Of a DNA stretch of 64,000 nt, positions 38,881 to 49,294 are shown piece by piece (position 1 is the stretch's first letter; every line of letters begins with the position of its first letter). The DNA is from Deltaproteobacteria bacterium (GTDB lineage: Bacteria; Myxococcota_A; Polyangia; Polyangiales; Houyiibacteriaceae): assembly GCA_034670305.1 (NCBI GenBank), contig JAXMNT010000008.1, positions 128,001-192,000 of the forward strand, in the 5' to 3' direction. Under the pieces are notes generated by a model. That model saw only the letters and a program-made list of their open reading frames with translations. It was not told where the DNA came from and made no database searches. Made by a program: the position numbers and the translations under genes.

Positions 38881-39280
38881 ATGCTGATGCTGTGGCTGGT
38901 GCTGATGCTGGCCTGGTGCTGTTGCTGGTGCTGTTGCTGTTGCTGGTGCTGTTGCTGGTGCTGTTGCTGCTGCTGTTGCTGTTGCTGGTGCTGACTCTGA
39001 GACCGACTCCGACTCCGACGGCGAAGCCGAAGCCGAAGCCGAAGCCGATCCCGACGCCGACTCCGATTCCGAATCCGACGCCGACGCCGAAGCCGACACC
39101 GAAGCCGACACCGACCCCGACGCCGAAGCCGATTCCGATCCCGACGCCGACTCCGACTCCGATTCCGAATCCGACGCCGACGCCGAAGCCGACACCGAAG
39201 CCGACGCCGATCCCGAAGCCGAAACCGAAGCCGAAACCGAAGCCGAATCCGACGCCGACGCCGAAGCCGACCTCCGAAGC
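38881..39280 (-). repeat. Composite microsatellite: on the minus strand (TCGGNN)n then (CAGCAA/CAGCAC)n
   Basis: Plus strand reads GCTGTT/GCTGGT units, then GCCGAA/CCGACN units. Confidence 0.92.
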
Positions 39281-39302
39281 CGCGGCCGCTTTCCTCCGTC
39301 CC

Positions 39303-40409
39303 TCACTCCCGGCCTCCCGCCCACCAGCGGGCGAGCGCGGGGGTCTGGGGCGGCGGGGCGGGTGGGAGGGGGGCGGTGGACTTGGTGCTCCAGAAGAGCC
39401 GCGGGCCCCGTTCGCCTTGCCGCATCGCGCGCAGCAAGGACGCCGCCGCTTTGCCGCTGTAGCTCGTGTCGAGCTTCAGGCCGGGCACCCGCGCGAACAA
39501 GTCGATCGCTTCTTCGCCCGCGCGCGTGGGTTTGCCGTAGCCGAAGCCGAGTTCGCGTCCATCGACTTGCAGTCCCTGCCGCAGCTCTGTCCGGGTCAGA
39601 AGCGCGCGTGGGTCACCGCTGCGTTCGGCCAAGAGCGCGCTCGTTCGCTCCGCGAGCGACACGATGCGGTACACGCTCGTCACCGGCCACGGTGTCACGC
39701 GCACCGACACCACCTTCGGCACCGACCGCAGCCCGAGCCCGAGCCGCTGCGCGATCGCGAGCCCCACGAGCAAGCCCGCGCTCGTGCAGGTGCTGCCGAC
39801 GGCGAGGTGGATCGCGGCGGGTTCCGGCAGCAGCCCCGCCTTCACCTGCGCGGCGAGTTCGAACGCGGCGGAGACATACGCGAGTGCACCACGCGGCGTC
39901 GCGCCGCCCGGGACCATGACGAAGGGCCGTTCCGTCTGGCCGACCAGCGAACGCACGCGGTGCCGCACATGCGTCGCCGCCATGCCGAGCGGAAGCTGCG
40001 ACCAGTGCAAGAGCAAGCGCCGTTCGGCAGGCACCTGCATGAGGACTTCGAAGTTCGTGATGGCCGCTTCGGAACGCGGCTGCGGGAAGAGCACGAGCCC
40101 TGGCACAAGCCCCACCCGGGGCGCGTGCAGCACGGCAGCGGCGCCGTGGTTGGTTCCGAACGCGCCGGTCGAATAGATGTGGGTCGCGCCTTCTTCGAGC
40201 GCTTCTGCGAACAGCACCTCGAGGGTCCGCACCTTGTTGCCGCCGTACACCGGCGAGCTGAGATCGTCTCGTTTCACCCACGCTTCGCCTGGCAGCGCGC
40301 AGGCATCGAGCACCGGCTGGAGCGACTGCACCGGCGTCGGCCAATCGCCGAGTTCGCAGAATGGCAGACGCAGCCGGGGAAACACCTCGAGCAGTGGCCG
40401 CGTGGTCAC
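39303..40409 (-). CDS. PLP-dependent D-cysteine desulfhydrase / cysteate sulfo-lyase family enzyme
   Basis: [41 protein letters not shown]. Confidence 0.82.
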   Translation of the reverse strand: MTTRPLLEVFPRLRLPFCELGDWPTPVQSLQPVLDACALPGEAWVKRDDLSSPVYGGNKVRTLEVLFAEALEEGATHIYSTGAFGTNHGAAAVLHAPRVGLVPGLVLFPQPRSEAAITNFEVLMQVPAERRLLLHWSQLPLGMAATHVRHRVRSLVGQTERPFVMVPGGATPRGALAYVSAAFELAAQVKAGLLPEPAAIHLAVGSTCTSAGLLVGLAIAQRLGLGLRSVPKVVSVRVTPWPVTSVYRIVSLAERTSALLAERSGDPRALLTRTELRQGLQVDGRELGFGYGKPTRAGEEAIDLFARVPGLKLDTSYSGKAAASLLRAMRQGERGPRLFWSTKSTAPLPPAPPPQTPALARWWAGGRE

Positions 40410-41350
40410 GCCGGATCCTCCAGGGCCTCCGGCACCGGGGGCGGTTCCGCCGCGAGCGACGGTCCTCGCCCAAGAGCGGGGCTCTTGCCGAGTCGGTGGC
40501 GAAAGAGCATCGGCAAACACAGCGGCGTCGCGCAGCCGCTGTAGAAGAGGCACGCGAAGAGCACGTGCCCCTGTTCGTCGGTGCCCGGGAAGAAGAACTG
40601 CACCAGCAAGAGCGCGATGCCGACGTTGCGGAGCGTGACTTCGACCCCCAGCGCGAGCGCGTCGGCGTCTGAGAACCCAAACGCCCGAACCACATGCGGA
40701 CTGACGATGGCCAGGTAGAGCGCGAACCCGAACACGAGCGCCGGCGGTTTCCAGCCGTACTCGGTCAACTCGATGCGGCCACTTCCGAGCGCGGCGAGCA
40801 CGATGACGATGATCGTCGCCAGGCTCAGACGAATCGCGATCTTGCTGATGCGTTCGGCGTACTTCGGCACCCGGCGGTACACCACCATGCCGACCGCGAG
40901 CGGCACCAGCAGATAGAAGGTGATGTCGCGGAGAATGCGCGCGGTCGGAAAGACGAAGTCGTCGGGCAGGTAGCTGCTGGCGGCCAGATGCAGGAGGATC
41001 GGGACGCTCGCCATGCAGCCGAGCGTGGAGGTCGTGGTGACCGCGATCGAGAGCGGGACCGAACCTTTGCCGAGGTAGGTCAGGAGGTTCGAGATCGTGC
41101 CGCCAGGACACGCGGCGATCAGGATGAACCCCACTGCCCAGCCAGGCCCGAGTTCGAACACCTCGATGAGCGCGATGGCCGAGAGCGGGACGAACACCAG
41201 CTGAAGAAAGAGCCCGAGCGCGAGGCCCTTCGGCCGCCGGAAGATCAGCGCGAAGTCGCCCAGCGCCAGCGTCGCCCCCATGCCGAACATGGCGAGCAGC
41301 AGCTGGAGCGGAATGAGCACCGTCTCCGCGAACGATTGCAGCGCTTGCAT
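40406..41350 (-). CDS. Bile acid:sodium symporter (BASS) family transporter
   Basis: [28 protein letters not shown]...LSI. Confidence 0.9.
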   Translation of the reverse strand: MQALQSFAETVLIPLQLLLAMFGMGATLALGDFALIFRRPKGLALGLFLQLVFVPLSAIALIEVFELGPGWAVGFILIAACPGGTISNLLTYLGKGSVPLSIAVTTTSTLGCMASVPILLHLAASSYLPDDFVFPTARILRDITFYLLVPLAVGMVVYRRVPKYAERISKIAIRLSLATIIVIVLAALGSGRIELTEYGWKPPALVFGFALYLAIVSPHVVRAFGFSDADALALGVEVTLRNVGIALLLVQFFFPGTDEQGHVLFACLFYSGCATPLCLPMLFRHRLGKSPALGRGPSLAAEPPPVPEALEDPA

Positions 41351-41420
41351 CGAGCGGAGAGTGACATCGACCCGCGCGAAAAGGCCAAACTCTTCGTGGC
41401 GGATCGACTCGAGAAGCGCG

Positions 41421-41999
41421 CTACTCGTCGTCGCTGCGACGGTGGTGGTGGCTGTCGCACCCCCACGGGCTGCGCTCGCCCTGGACGTTGAGCGACCAGC
41501 CGGCCGAGAAGACGATGCCGAACTCGACGCCGCGGCTCTGCATCGCGGGACCCTGCGAGGGCTGGTAGGTGCGGACCGGAATGCCGAGCCGCGCTGCGAT
41601 GCCGACCGGGCCCCAGGTGAAGGTCTTCGCGATGTGAATCATCGTGGCCGCGGCGTAATCGCCTTCGGTTCGGTGCGCGAGTCCGAGCTGCACGCCAAAA
41701 CCTCCGTAGCCCGCGCTCACGCCAGCGGCGCTCCGCCACGAACCGCCGAGCTCGGCTTGGGTCTCCCCAAAGAGTCCCCAGCGCAGCGGCGAGCTGCCCG
41801 GGTACCGAAGCAGCTCGAGCCCGAGGCCGAATCCGTGCGCGCGGTCGCCCTTGGTGAACGCGTACGATGCGGTTGGCCGAAGTTGAAGCGCCGGCCCCTG
41901 CTCGGCGGCCTCCACGGCTTCGCCCGACGTCTGGGCGCTCGCCTGGGTGGTGAACAAGAGGGCTGCGGTGCAACCGAGGATTGTCAGGGCTCGCGTCAT
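41421..41999 (-). CDS. Secreted protein, possible small outer-membrane beta-barrel
   Basis: Signal peptide ASA-Q; alternating beta-strand pattern. Confidence 0.6.
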   Translation of the reverse strand: MTRALTILGCTAALLFTTQASAQTSGEAVEAAEQGPALQLRPTASYAFTKGDRAHGFGLGLELLRYPGSSPLRWGLFGETQAELGGSWRSAAGVSAGYGGFGVQLGLAHRTEGDYAAATMIHIAKTFTWGPVGIAARLGIPVRTYQPSQGPAMQSRGVEFGIVFSAGWSLNVQGERSPWGCDSHHHRRSDDE

Positions 42000-42170
42000 C
42001 GTGGGTCTCCGGTGGCCAAGTCTGCCACGCCCGAGAGAACGGTGCGAAGCGTGCGGCTGGGTATGGGTACGAGAGCCGCCAGGGAACGGATCGTTACAGG
42101 AGCGTCTGGGATTCGGCTCCGAGCGCGGACCACGAGCAGACTGCGCTGTCCGACCTGGAGTACCCCGGAG

Positions 42171-45100
42171 TCATCCGCGGATCGGCCAGTCCAGCGACTG
42201 CAAGGTTGGACGCAGCCGTTGCAGCGCGCCCTGCAGTTCGCCCATGGCCACGCGCTGCTGCGGGTTTCTCCGGATCGAGCGGCGCACGAGCTCCGCCACC
42301 CCGGCGGTGCGGGGATCCATGGTCAGCCGACCGATGGCTTCGGGCAGGCCGTCGTGCTGCAGGTGCGCGGTGATGGTCGCGATGTCGTTCTGCCCTTCGC
42401 TGAAGAGCGTGTTCCCGGTCAGCAGCTCGTATGCGAGACAGCCGAACGCGTACACGTCCGCGCTCGTGGCTTTGCCGCGACCGCTCTCGTCGTGGCCCCA
42501 GACTTCGGGCGCGCCGTAGCTTGCGGTGCCACAGCCCGGACGCAGGTGGCGGCCGGCGAGCCCGAAGTCCACGAGTACGGGCGCGTCGACGTGTTTGTAG
42601 TTCGGGTCGGTGGGCTCGCGCAGGATGATGTTGCTCGGTTTCAGATCCAGGTGCGCGATCCCGAGCTTGTGCATCGCACCGAGCCCCGCAGCGATGCCTT
42701 CGAGCAGGTCGAGCGCGCGCACCATGTCGACGGTGCCGAGTTCGAGCACCCGCTCCAGGCTCGGCCCCTCGACGAGCTCCATCACCAGGATGGGCTTGGG
42801 CCGCGCGCCCGCGTCGAACGTCACGAACCGAGCGATGTTCTCGTGCTGGGGCAGCGCGAGGAGCGCGCCTGCTTCGGATCGAAAGAGCTGAAAGAACTCT
42901 TCTTCGCTCAGGGTCCGAGCCGCACCGCCCGAGTACTCCGGGACCTTCAACGCAAAGAGTTCCGCGCGCGGATCGTGGCGGGCTTCCGCGCGCCGCGCGA
43001 CGAAGACGGAACCGACGGCGCCGGTGCCGATGCTCTTCGTGATGTAGAACCCGCCCAGCACTCGGCTCGGCGGCATCCAGGCGGGGAGCGGCGCTTCCTT
43101 CGGTGCGGTGGGCAAGAAGCTCGGGCGGCTCATGCGCGGCCCTTCGACCGGCAGCGCGCTCAGCCGGCGCAGCGCCAGCACCGCGACCTCTGCGACGGCG
43201 CGGGGCAGTTCGTCGCGCAAGGTCTCCGCCACCGACTCGAGCGGATCGAGCAGGTCGGGCGTCTGGCCGCGGTACGCCCGGTCGAGGTGGATGTCGAGGT
43301 AGCGCATCGCCGCGCCGGACGAGGGCCGCTCCACGTTGGAGCGCTGTCCGAGACGGCGGCGGGTGCCGAGCCCGAGTTTGGCGAGCGTCTGCACGGCGAC
43401 TTCCAACGACGCCAAGGGCGAGTCTCCATCCGACAGCTCCGAGAGTTCCGCGAGCGAACCCGCGAGCCCGATCGGTTCGAGCGCGCGGGCCAGATCGAGC
43501 AACCCACGGCGCAACGCTTCGACCCGCGGGCTGGACGCAACCGGCAGGTCGTTGGCCAACTGCAACAGCCCGTCGAACGCCACCCGAACCCCGCGCCCAC
43601 CCTTCGGCCGGTCGGCCACGATGCGGTAGAGGTTCGCGAACGCGCGCATCGCGACTTCGAGATCCGGAACCATCGCGGCTTCCGCCATGGTCACGAGGTC
43701 CTCGTGGTTCTGCACCGCGCGCCCCGCCGCCAGGACGACGTCGGAGACTTCGCACACCTCTTCGCGCACGAGCGCATCGCACGCACGGGCCGCCGCCGCA
43801 CACAAGGCGCGGCGGAGGGGCGTGGCGGAGTCTTTCTCGACCCGCTCGAGCAAGACCTGCGCGGCCAGCTGTCGGCGTTGCCGCAGAAGGTCCGGTCGGT
43901 CGTCGACCCGCCGCCCGTCCGCATCAACCAAGTGGAGCATGGTGCGGAGCCGGCGCATGCGGCGGGTGAAGTGCGGGACGGCACCCGCCTTCTGCACCGG
44001 TTCGCCCTCGTGAATGACCAACCAGTTGGAGACGCGCTGAAACAGGTCGCCGAGCGGCCGGATGTCTTCGCCGGGATCGTCGCCCCGCGCGCCGAGCGCC
44101 AGCAGGTTCGCGACCGCGTCGGACTCGAAGAGCGCCAGGTCGATCTCGCGCAGCGCGCGGAACGCGGAGTCTTCCTGCGCGTCGTCGGCACCCGGCATGC
44201 ACTCCTCGAGCGAGGCCACACACTTCTCTGCCGCTTCGAGGACCGAATGCGCGTCGAGGGACGCTTCCCGAGCGCCGTGCGTCACGAAGGACTGCAGTGC
44301 GCCGGCGGCCTTGTCGCGCACCGTCGGTGCCCGATCCGGATCGAGGTCGGCGAGGATGCACTCCGCGAGCGCGGTCTGTCCGGCGTCCTTGCTCTTCATC
44401 TTCGTGAGCGCTTCGCGAAGCTGCGCGCTCGCCCGTCCGGCAGCCCAGTCGCCGAAGCCATCCGCGATGCGCTCGCGGCGCAGGTCCACCAGCGCTTCGG
44501 CGACGTCGAGGCCGCCGAGTCGAACGAGTTGTTCGAGGAGCTCTTCCACCGCCTCGGGTTCGCGTTCGCCCGCGCGCGGCAGACCGAGGACCAGCGCGGT
44601 GGGGATGCCCCGGTCGGCTTCGTGGATTTCGGAACCGAGCAACTCTCGGCAGCGCTTGAGGTTGCGCTTCGGGTCCAGGGCGATGCTGGCCGCCAGCGAA
44701 GCCGCCGCGCGCCGCCACTCGGTGACGCCGAGCGCCGGGTCGAGGTGCCGCTCGATCTCTTCCTCGAACAGAGGACGCGCTTGAGAGAGCAACCCGCGGG
44801 CGGTCGCGACGTGTCGCCAGACGAGCGATTCGCGGTCCGCGAGCAACCGCTGGAACGCGGTTCGGACCGCTTGCGTCTCGAACACCCGCACGCCGCTGTC
44901 GTCGCCCTCCGCCCACCGCTGCGCGGCCTCCCGCGACGCGCGTTCGAGCAGCCGCGCGGCCAGGCGGCGCGACGGCAACGATCCGGTGGAAGGCAGCGTG
45001 AGCCATTCCCGCGACACGTCTCTTCGGGAGATGAGCGCGAGCGCGAGGCCGTCCGCGCGGGCACCCGTGCCGATGGGCAAGTCGAGACTGAGCGCCACCC

Positions 45101-45512
45101 GCGCACGAATGGAAGCGCCGCTCAACGCGCGTCGTGATCCAAGGGCGAGCTGCGTCGCGAGCGCGACGAACGTCGCCGCATCTCCCCGGCGCAGCCGCTC
45201 GAGCACCCGCCGCCCGAGCTCGCGTTTGGGTTCTCCGGCCGGGAGCGCCGACGCGAGTTCGAAGATCGCGGCTGCGGCTGCCGGTGGCGAGAGCCACTCG
45301 ATGTCGTCGATCAAACGCGTGGTGATCGCGGTCTGCAGGCTCGTCGACAAGAGCTCCGGATCGAGCCCCTCGAGCGGCACGCTCCGGCGGTGGTCGGCGA
45401 CCGCCGCAGCGAGTGTCGCCATGCTCTGGCGCCAAGCGCTGCGGCGCTCTTCTTCATCGAGCCGATGAAGCTGGAGCAACCCGTCGAGGTAGTCCCGCTG
45501 CCTCACCGACAT
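42171..45512 (-). CDS. Large cytoplasmic protein with a C-terminal Ser/Thr kinase domain
   Basis: About 820-aa helical N-terminus, then IGTGAVGSV, ALK, HLDLKPSN, VDFGLA, YGAPE, DVYAFG. Confidence 0.88.
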   Translation of the reverse strand: MSVRQRDYLDGLLQLHRLDEEERRSAWRQSMATLAAAVADHRRSVPLEGLDPELLSTSLQTAITTRLIDDIEWLSPPAAAAAIFELASALPAGEPKRELGRRVLERLRRGDAATFVALATQLALGSRRALSGASIRARVALSLDLPIGTGARADGLALALISRRDVSREWLTLPSTGSLPSRRLAARLLERASREAAQRWAEGDDSGVRVFETQAVRTAFQRLLADRESLVWRHVATARGLLSQARPLFEEEIERHLDPALGVTEWRRAAASLAASIALDPKRNLKRCRELLGSEIHEADRGIPTALVLGLPRAGEREPEAVEELLEQLVRLGGLDVAEALVDLRRERIADGFGDWAAGRASAQLREALTKMKSKDAGQTALAECILADLDPDRAPTVRDKAAGALQSFVTHGAREASLDAHSVLEAAEKCVASLEECMPGADDAQEDSAFRALREIDLALFESDAVANLLALGARGDDPGEDIRPLGDLFQRVSNWLVIHEGEPVQKAGAVPHFTRRMRRLRTMLHLVDADGRRVDDRPDLLRQRRQLAAQVLLERVEKDSATPLRRALCAAAARACDALVREEVCEVSDVVLAAGRAVQNHEDLVTMAEAAMVPDLEVAMRAFANLYRIVADRPKGGRGVRVAFDGLLQLANDLPVASSPRVEALRRGLLDLARALEPIGLAGSLAELSELSDGDSPLASLEVAVQTLAKLGLGTRRRLGQRSNVERPSSGAAMRYLDIHLDRAYRGQTPDLLDPLESVAETLRDELPRAVAEVAVLALRRLSALPVEGPRMSRPSFLPTAPKEAPLPAWMPPSRVLGGFYITKSIGTGAVGSVFVARRAEARHDPRAELFALKVPEYSGGAARTLSEEEFFQLFRSEAGALLALPQHENIARFVTFDAGARPKPILVMELVEGPSLERVLELGTVDMVRALDLLEGIAAGLGAMHKLGIAHLDLKPSNIILREPTDPNYKHVDAPVLVDFGLAGRHLRPGCGTASYGAPEVWGHDESGRGKATSADVYAFGCLAYELLTGNTLFSEGQNDIATITAHLQHDGLPEAIGRLTMDPRTAGVAELVRRSIRRNPQQRVAMGELQGALQRLRPTLQSLDWPIRG

Positions 45513-45730
45513 GAGGGCTGCTTCCTACGGACGGGGGGCGCGGGAACGCAGAGCAGCGCTCTGCGCACGGTGTGAAGCAGGTGTCCCAAGCAGTGTCGAG
45601 GATATCACCCGACACCCGGAGGGGGATGCCAATCGCGTGAACCCATGGGGTTTCAGGACTCCACGAGCGCCGATCCGCAAGCGCGATCCCGCAAGTAGAC
45701 CAAGCCCGGCGTTCCATGGGGCTCCGGGCT

Positions 45731-47716
45731 CTAACGCACGAGCCGGGCGGTGCGAAGCTCCCCGTTGCGCAACCACGCCAGGGTTCCGTCGTTGGACAGG
45801 CTCGGGGACGCATGCACCGCCTCGTCGAGGCCGCCAATGGGCGCCCGATTCCGCGTCGAGAGATCCACGAGCCACAGACGGCTCGCGACCACGACGTGCC
45901 CGTCGTCTTCGGGGACCGCGTACACGAGGTGGGTCGAGTCCGCGGAGAACCGAGCGTGCGTGCCCATGCCGAGCGAGACCACCGCCGCCGAGTCGCGTTC
46001 GTAGACGTACAGCCCGGTCGAGACCCCCTGGAACACGACGAAACGCCCGTCGGGCGAGACCCTCGGCGCGAAGTACCGGTCGCCGGCCGGACCGAGGTGG
46101 GTGCCATCGGCGAGCACGATGGTCCCGTCTTGGGTGACGCGCGCTTGTCCCCCGACCGACACCGGCGCCACTTCACGGCCATCCATGGTCAAGGCGAGCA
46201 TCGGCACCGCGGTCTCGGTCTGGCCAGGCACCCGCACGCCGAGCACATCGCCGGTCGAGTTCCACACCGGCGCGAAGCCGCGTCGCTCCCCGCGCGTCAG
46301 CTCGAGGATGGTCTCTTGGTCTGCGTCCCAGACATCGACGCCCGCGTAGCCAGGCAACGAGAGCGCCACGCGCGCGCCCGTCGGTGCCATCTCAGCGGCC
46401 GCGTACGTGCCGGACACGGGTGCCTGGATGTGCTCGAGGGTCGCGAGCACCTCGGCGTCGTGCACGAGCTGCACCTCTTCGGTCGACTCGAGCGACGCTT
46501 GCTGCTGTGCCGGCGCCGCCGAGCCGCATCCTTGAAGGCAGAGGAGGACCGCGATCGGTGCGATCACGTACGAGATGCGGCGGCGACGGCCGAGCGCGAG
46601 CAAGCCGAGCGCGAGCAGCGCCCATCCCGCCGACCCGGTCCCGCGTTGCCACGGCGCGGCGGCACACCCCACTTCGAGATCGCCGCCTGTCGTTCCCATG
46701 CCTGCATCGGCGCCGGTGGCTGCGTCTGCCGCGACCCCCGAGTCGGTGGCCGGCGTGCCGGCATCGACCGCTGGTCCCGCGTCGATCATCGGCGGCCCGG
46801 CATCGGAGGCGGCGGTGCTGCGGGTCAGCCCGATGCTGCACCAGGTCTCCGCGCCGGAGGTCACGTCGCAGGTTCGGCTGGCCTCTTCGAACCCGGCCAA
46901 CGTCGCTCGTACCGTGGCGCTGCCAGCCGCTACCGAGAACGACCAGTTGCCGGTGTCGGCTTCGCTCGTCGCGGAAGCGTCTCCCACCGTCACCGTGGCG
47001 CCGGCCAACCGGCGCGAGGTGTCTTCGAGCCCGGCCCCGACGTCTTCGAACACGACGCCGCGAAGCGTGCCCATGCCGGTCGGCGGCATGCCAGGGTCTC
47101 GGCCGTAGTGGCGCATGATCGCGTTGAAGTGGGCCTGCGCCATCTCCTGCCGGCGCTCCGGGCTGCCGAGGAGCGGGCTGTCGATCTCGCAGTGGTTGAT
47201 GAAACCCATCTCGGAGAGCGTCGCCGGCATGGTGGTGTTGGTGAGGACCGAGAAGTTCGCGCGTTTGCTCCCGCGGTCGCGCAGTCCCCAGGCCGCGATC
47301 ATCTCTTCCTGGATGAGCCCCTGCAGGGCCACCGAGTTCGCCGACGGACTCTCCGACACGAAGGTCTCGGTGCCCGTGGCCGGCGTGCCCGCGTTGGCGT
47401 TCGAGTGAATGGAGACGAAGCGGTCGGCGCCGCGCGAGTTCGCGAGGCTGGATCGGGCGGACAGCGCGACGGCGCGATCATCGGTCCGGGTCATCAGCAC
47501 CTCGAAGCCGGCACCCAGCAGCAGCGCCTGCAGTCGGATGGCCGTGTCGAGCACGATGTCCTCTTCTTCCCGTCCACACCCGACCCCGCCCGGGTCGGCG
47601 CCCCCATGGCCAGGATCCACTGCGATCAGCTGAGCCGACGCCTGGCCAGCGGGCATGGCGAGCGGCGTGGCGAGCGCGGTGGCGAGAAGCAAGAGCAGGA
47701 CGGAGCGCGGGTTCAT
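45731..47716 (-). CDS. N-acetylmuramoyl-L-alanine amidase + carboxypeptidase-regulatory-like domain + internal MYXO-CTERM + lipoprotein TolB-like beta-propeller
   Basis: VDPGHGGADPG, SIHSN, LSEMGF; GTLRGVV...ATVTV; GCAAAP...WALLALGLLALGRRRR; LLCLQGC; APVW, PRVSPDG, ARFSADS, PSLSNDG. Confidence 0.85.
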   Translation of the reverse strand: MNPRSVLLLLLATALATPLAMPAGQASAQLIAVDPGHGGADPGGVGCGREEEDIVLDTAIRLQALLLGAGFEVLMTRTDDRAVALSARSSLANSRGADRFVSIHSNANAGTPATGTETFVSESPSANSVALQGLIQEEMIAAWGLRDRGSKRANFSVLTNTTMPATLSEMGFINHCEIDSPLLGSPERRQEMAQAHFNAIMRHYGRDPGMPPTGMGTLRGVVFEDVGAGLEDTSRRLAGATVTVGDASATSEADTGNWSFSVAAGSATVRATLAGFEEASRTCDVTSGAETWCSIGLTRSTAASDAGPPMIDAGPAVDAGTPATDSGVAADAATGADAGMGTTGGDLEVGCAAAPWQRGTGSAGWALLALGLLALGRRRRISYVIAPIAVLLCLQGCGSAAPAQQQASLESTEEVQLVHDAEVLATLEHIQAPVSGTYAAAEMAPTGARVALSLPGYAGVDVWDADQETILELTRGERRGFAPVWNSTGDVLGVRVPGQTETAVPMLALTMDGREVAPVSVGGQARVTQDGTIVLADGTHLGPAGDRYFAPRVSPDGRFVVFQGVSTGLYVYERDSAAVVSLGMGTHARFSADSTHLVYAVPEDDGHVVVASRLWLVDLSTRNRAPIGGLDEAVHASPSLSNDGTLAWLRNGELRTARLVR

Positions 47717-47948
47717 GCCATGGGTTTAGCAAACACCGTGCGCGCACCGAAGCGTGGCGCGCCGGAGCGAGTCGTGCGGCCCGGTGCTCGAAAGGTCGTC
47801 TTCCCCCGACAAATGCAGTGCTTGGCTGCTCGACGCACCAATCGGCACCCAGCCGCCCGGTCTCGAGGTCGTGCCAATCGGCCCCACCCAGCGTTCAGAC
47901 TCTGGTCACTTGCGCCCTGGACCGAACCCCAGCGACCCTCTCCGCGTG

Positions 47949-48839
47949 ATGCCACGAACCCTGGTGCTGGCGGTTTGCGTGCTCGGTTGCTCGAACCCGT
48001 TGCCGGGCCGCAACGACACCGGTGGATTCGACGCGGGCAACCGAGACGCCAGCGCCGACGCCAGACCGGACTCGGATCCCATGGACGTCGGCCCCATCGA
48101 CTCGGCGAGCGACGCTCCAGACGCGCCCATCGACTGCGACACCGCGTTCCGGTTCGACCCGGCCGCCTCTGGCACCGGCGAAGTGAACCAGGTCTCCTAC
48201 CGCCACATCGAAGGGCTCACGCACATCGGCCTCACGGTGAGCGCACCGAGCGAAGTCGGCCGCGTGGCGATCAGCGGCGAAGGCGGACTCAACATCTGGA
48301 CCTTCCCCGTCGCGTTCCACGAAGCGGGGATCTACGACGTCGCGTTCACCGCGGAGATGGGCGGCCGCGTGCTCGGCACCTGCCGGGTGTCGGTCGCCGA
48401 CACCGGGCCCCCGCCCGACCTCGAGGATCCGCCCGACTGCACCGGCCGCGTCTGCGGGGAGTCGGACGGCGCCGGCGGAACTTGCAGTCGCTGTCCGATG
48501 GTCGAGAGCGAAGGTGGGGCGTGCATGGACCCGCCTTCCCCGATCGGACCCGGCGGACCCGGCCCGTGGTCGTGTTTGGACAGCGCTGGATGCACCGGCG
48601 GCGGCTGCGTGATCTGGTGCCCAGGCGAACCGTGCGACACCGAGCGGCATCCGGACGGCTGTCCACAAGGCGTCGAGTCGTGTTTCGTCGAACCGGGCAT
48701 CACCGACTACGAAGAAGCCTGCCGCACCTGTTGCCGCGCCCGCCACCACGCGCCGACTGGCGAGTTCGCCTGCTGGGATGACGCGATCAACGTCTGCCGC
48801 TACCCCGGCGACTGCGGCATGCCCTTCCCGCTTCCCTGA
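47949..48839 (+). CDS. Cys-rich lipoprotein
   Basis: VLG-C lipobox, DAG linker, beta-sandwich-like segment, C-terminal Cys-rich region ([11 protein letters not shown]). Confidence 0.72.
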   Translation: MPRTLVLAVCVLGCSNPLPGRNDTGGFDAGNRDASADARPDSDPMDVGPIDSASDAPDAPIDCDTAFRFDPAASGTGEVNQVSYRHIEGLTHIGLTVSAPSEVGRVAISGEGGLNIWTFPVAFHEAGIYDVAFTAEMGGRVLGTCRVSVADTGPPPDLEDPPDCTGRVCGESDGAGGTCSRCPMVESEGGACMDPPSPIGPGGPGPWSCLDSAGCTGGGCVIWCPGEPCDTERHPDGCPQGVESCFVEPGITDYEEACRTCCRARHHAPTGEFACWDDAINVCRYPGDCGMPFPLP

Positions 48840-48850
48840 GTTCTTCGGAA

Positions 48851-49090
48851 TCGGCGTCGGCTCACGAATCGGCGCCGACATCGGCTTCGGCGTCGGCATC
48901 GGCATCGGCTTCGGCGTCGGCTTCGGCATCGGCGTCGGCTTCGGCGTCGGCGTCGGCTTCGGCTTCGGCGTCGGAGTCGGCTTCGGCTTCGGCGTCGGCG
49001 TCGGGGTCGGAGTCGGCTTCGGCATCGGCTTCGGCTTCGGCATCGGCATCGGCATCGGCTTCGGCTTCGGCATCGGCTTCGGCGTCCGCA
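48851..49090 (+). repeat. (TCGGCN)n hexamer microsatellite
   Basis: Visible 6-bp periodicity between convergent genes. Confidence 0.93.
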
Positions 49091-49125
49091 TCGGGTGCGC
49101 CCAGCCAGCAGCATGAGCGGAATCC

Positions 49126-49221
49126 GCGGCAGAATCAGCGGCAGAATCAGCGGCAGTATCAGCGGCAGAATCAGCGGCAGTATCAGCGGCAGAATCAGCG
49201 GCAGTATCAGCGGCAGAATCA
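49126..49221 (+). repeat. 12-bp tandem repeat GCGGCAG(A/T)ATCA, 8 copies
   Basis: Counted directly; A/T alternates from unit 2 onward. Confidence 0.93.
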
Positions 49222-49294
49222 CCGGCGGAATCGGCTTCGGCGCAGCGTCGACATCGGCTTCGGCGTCGGCTGCAGCGTACGTCGGCTTCCCGCC

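Noticed and set aside
39303-40409. ACC deaminase call
   Set aside because: Lacks the diagnostic Glu (YSGK rather than YEGK)
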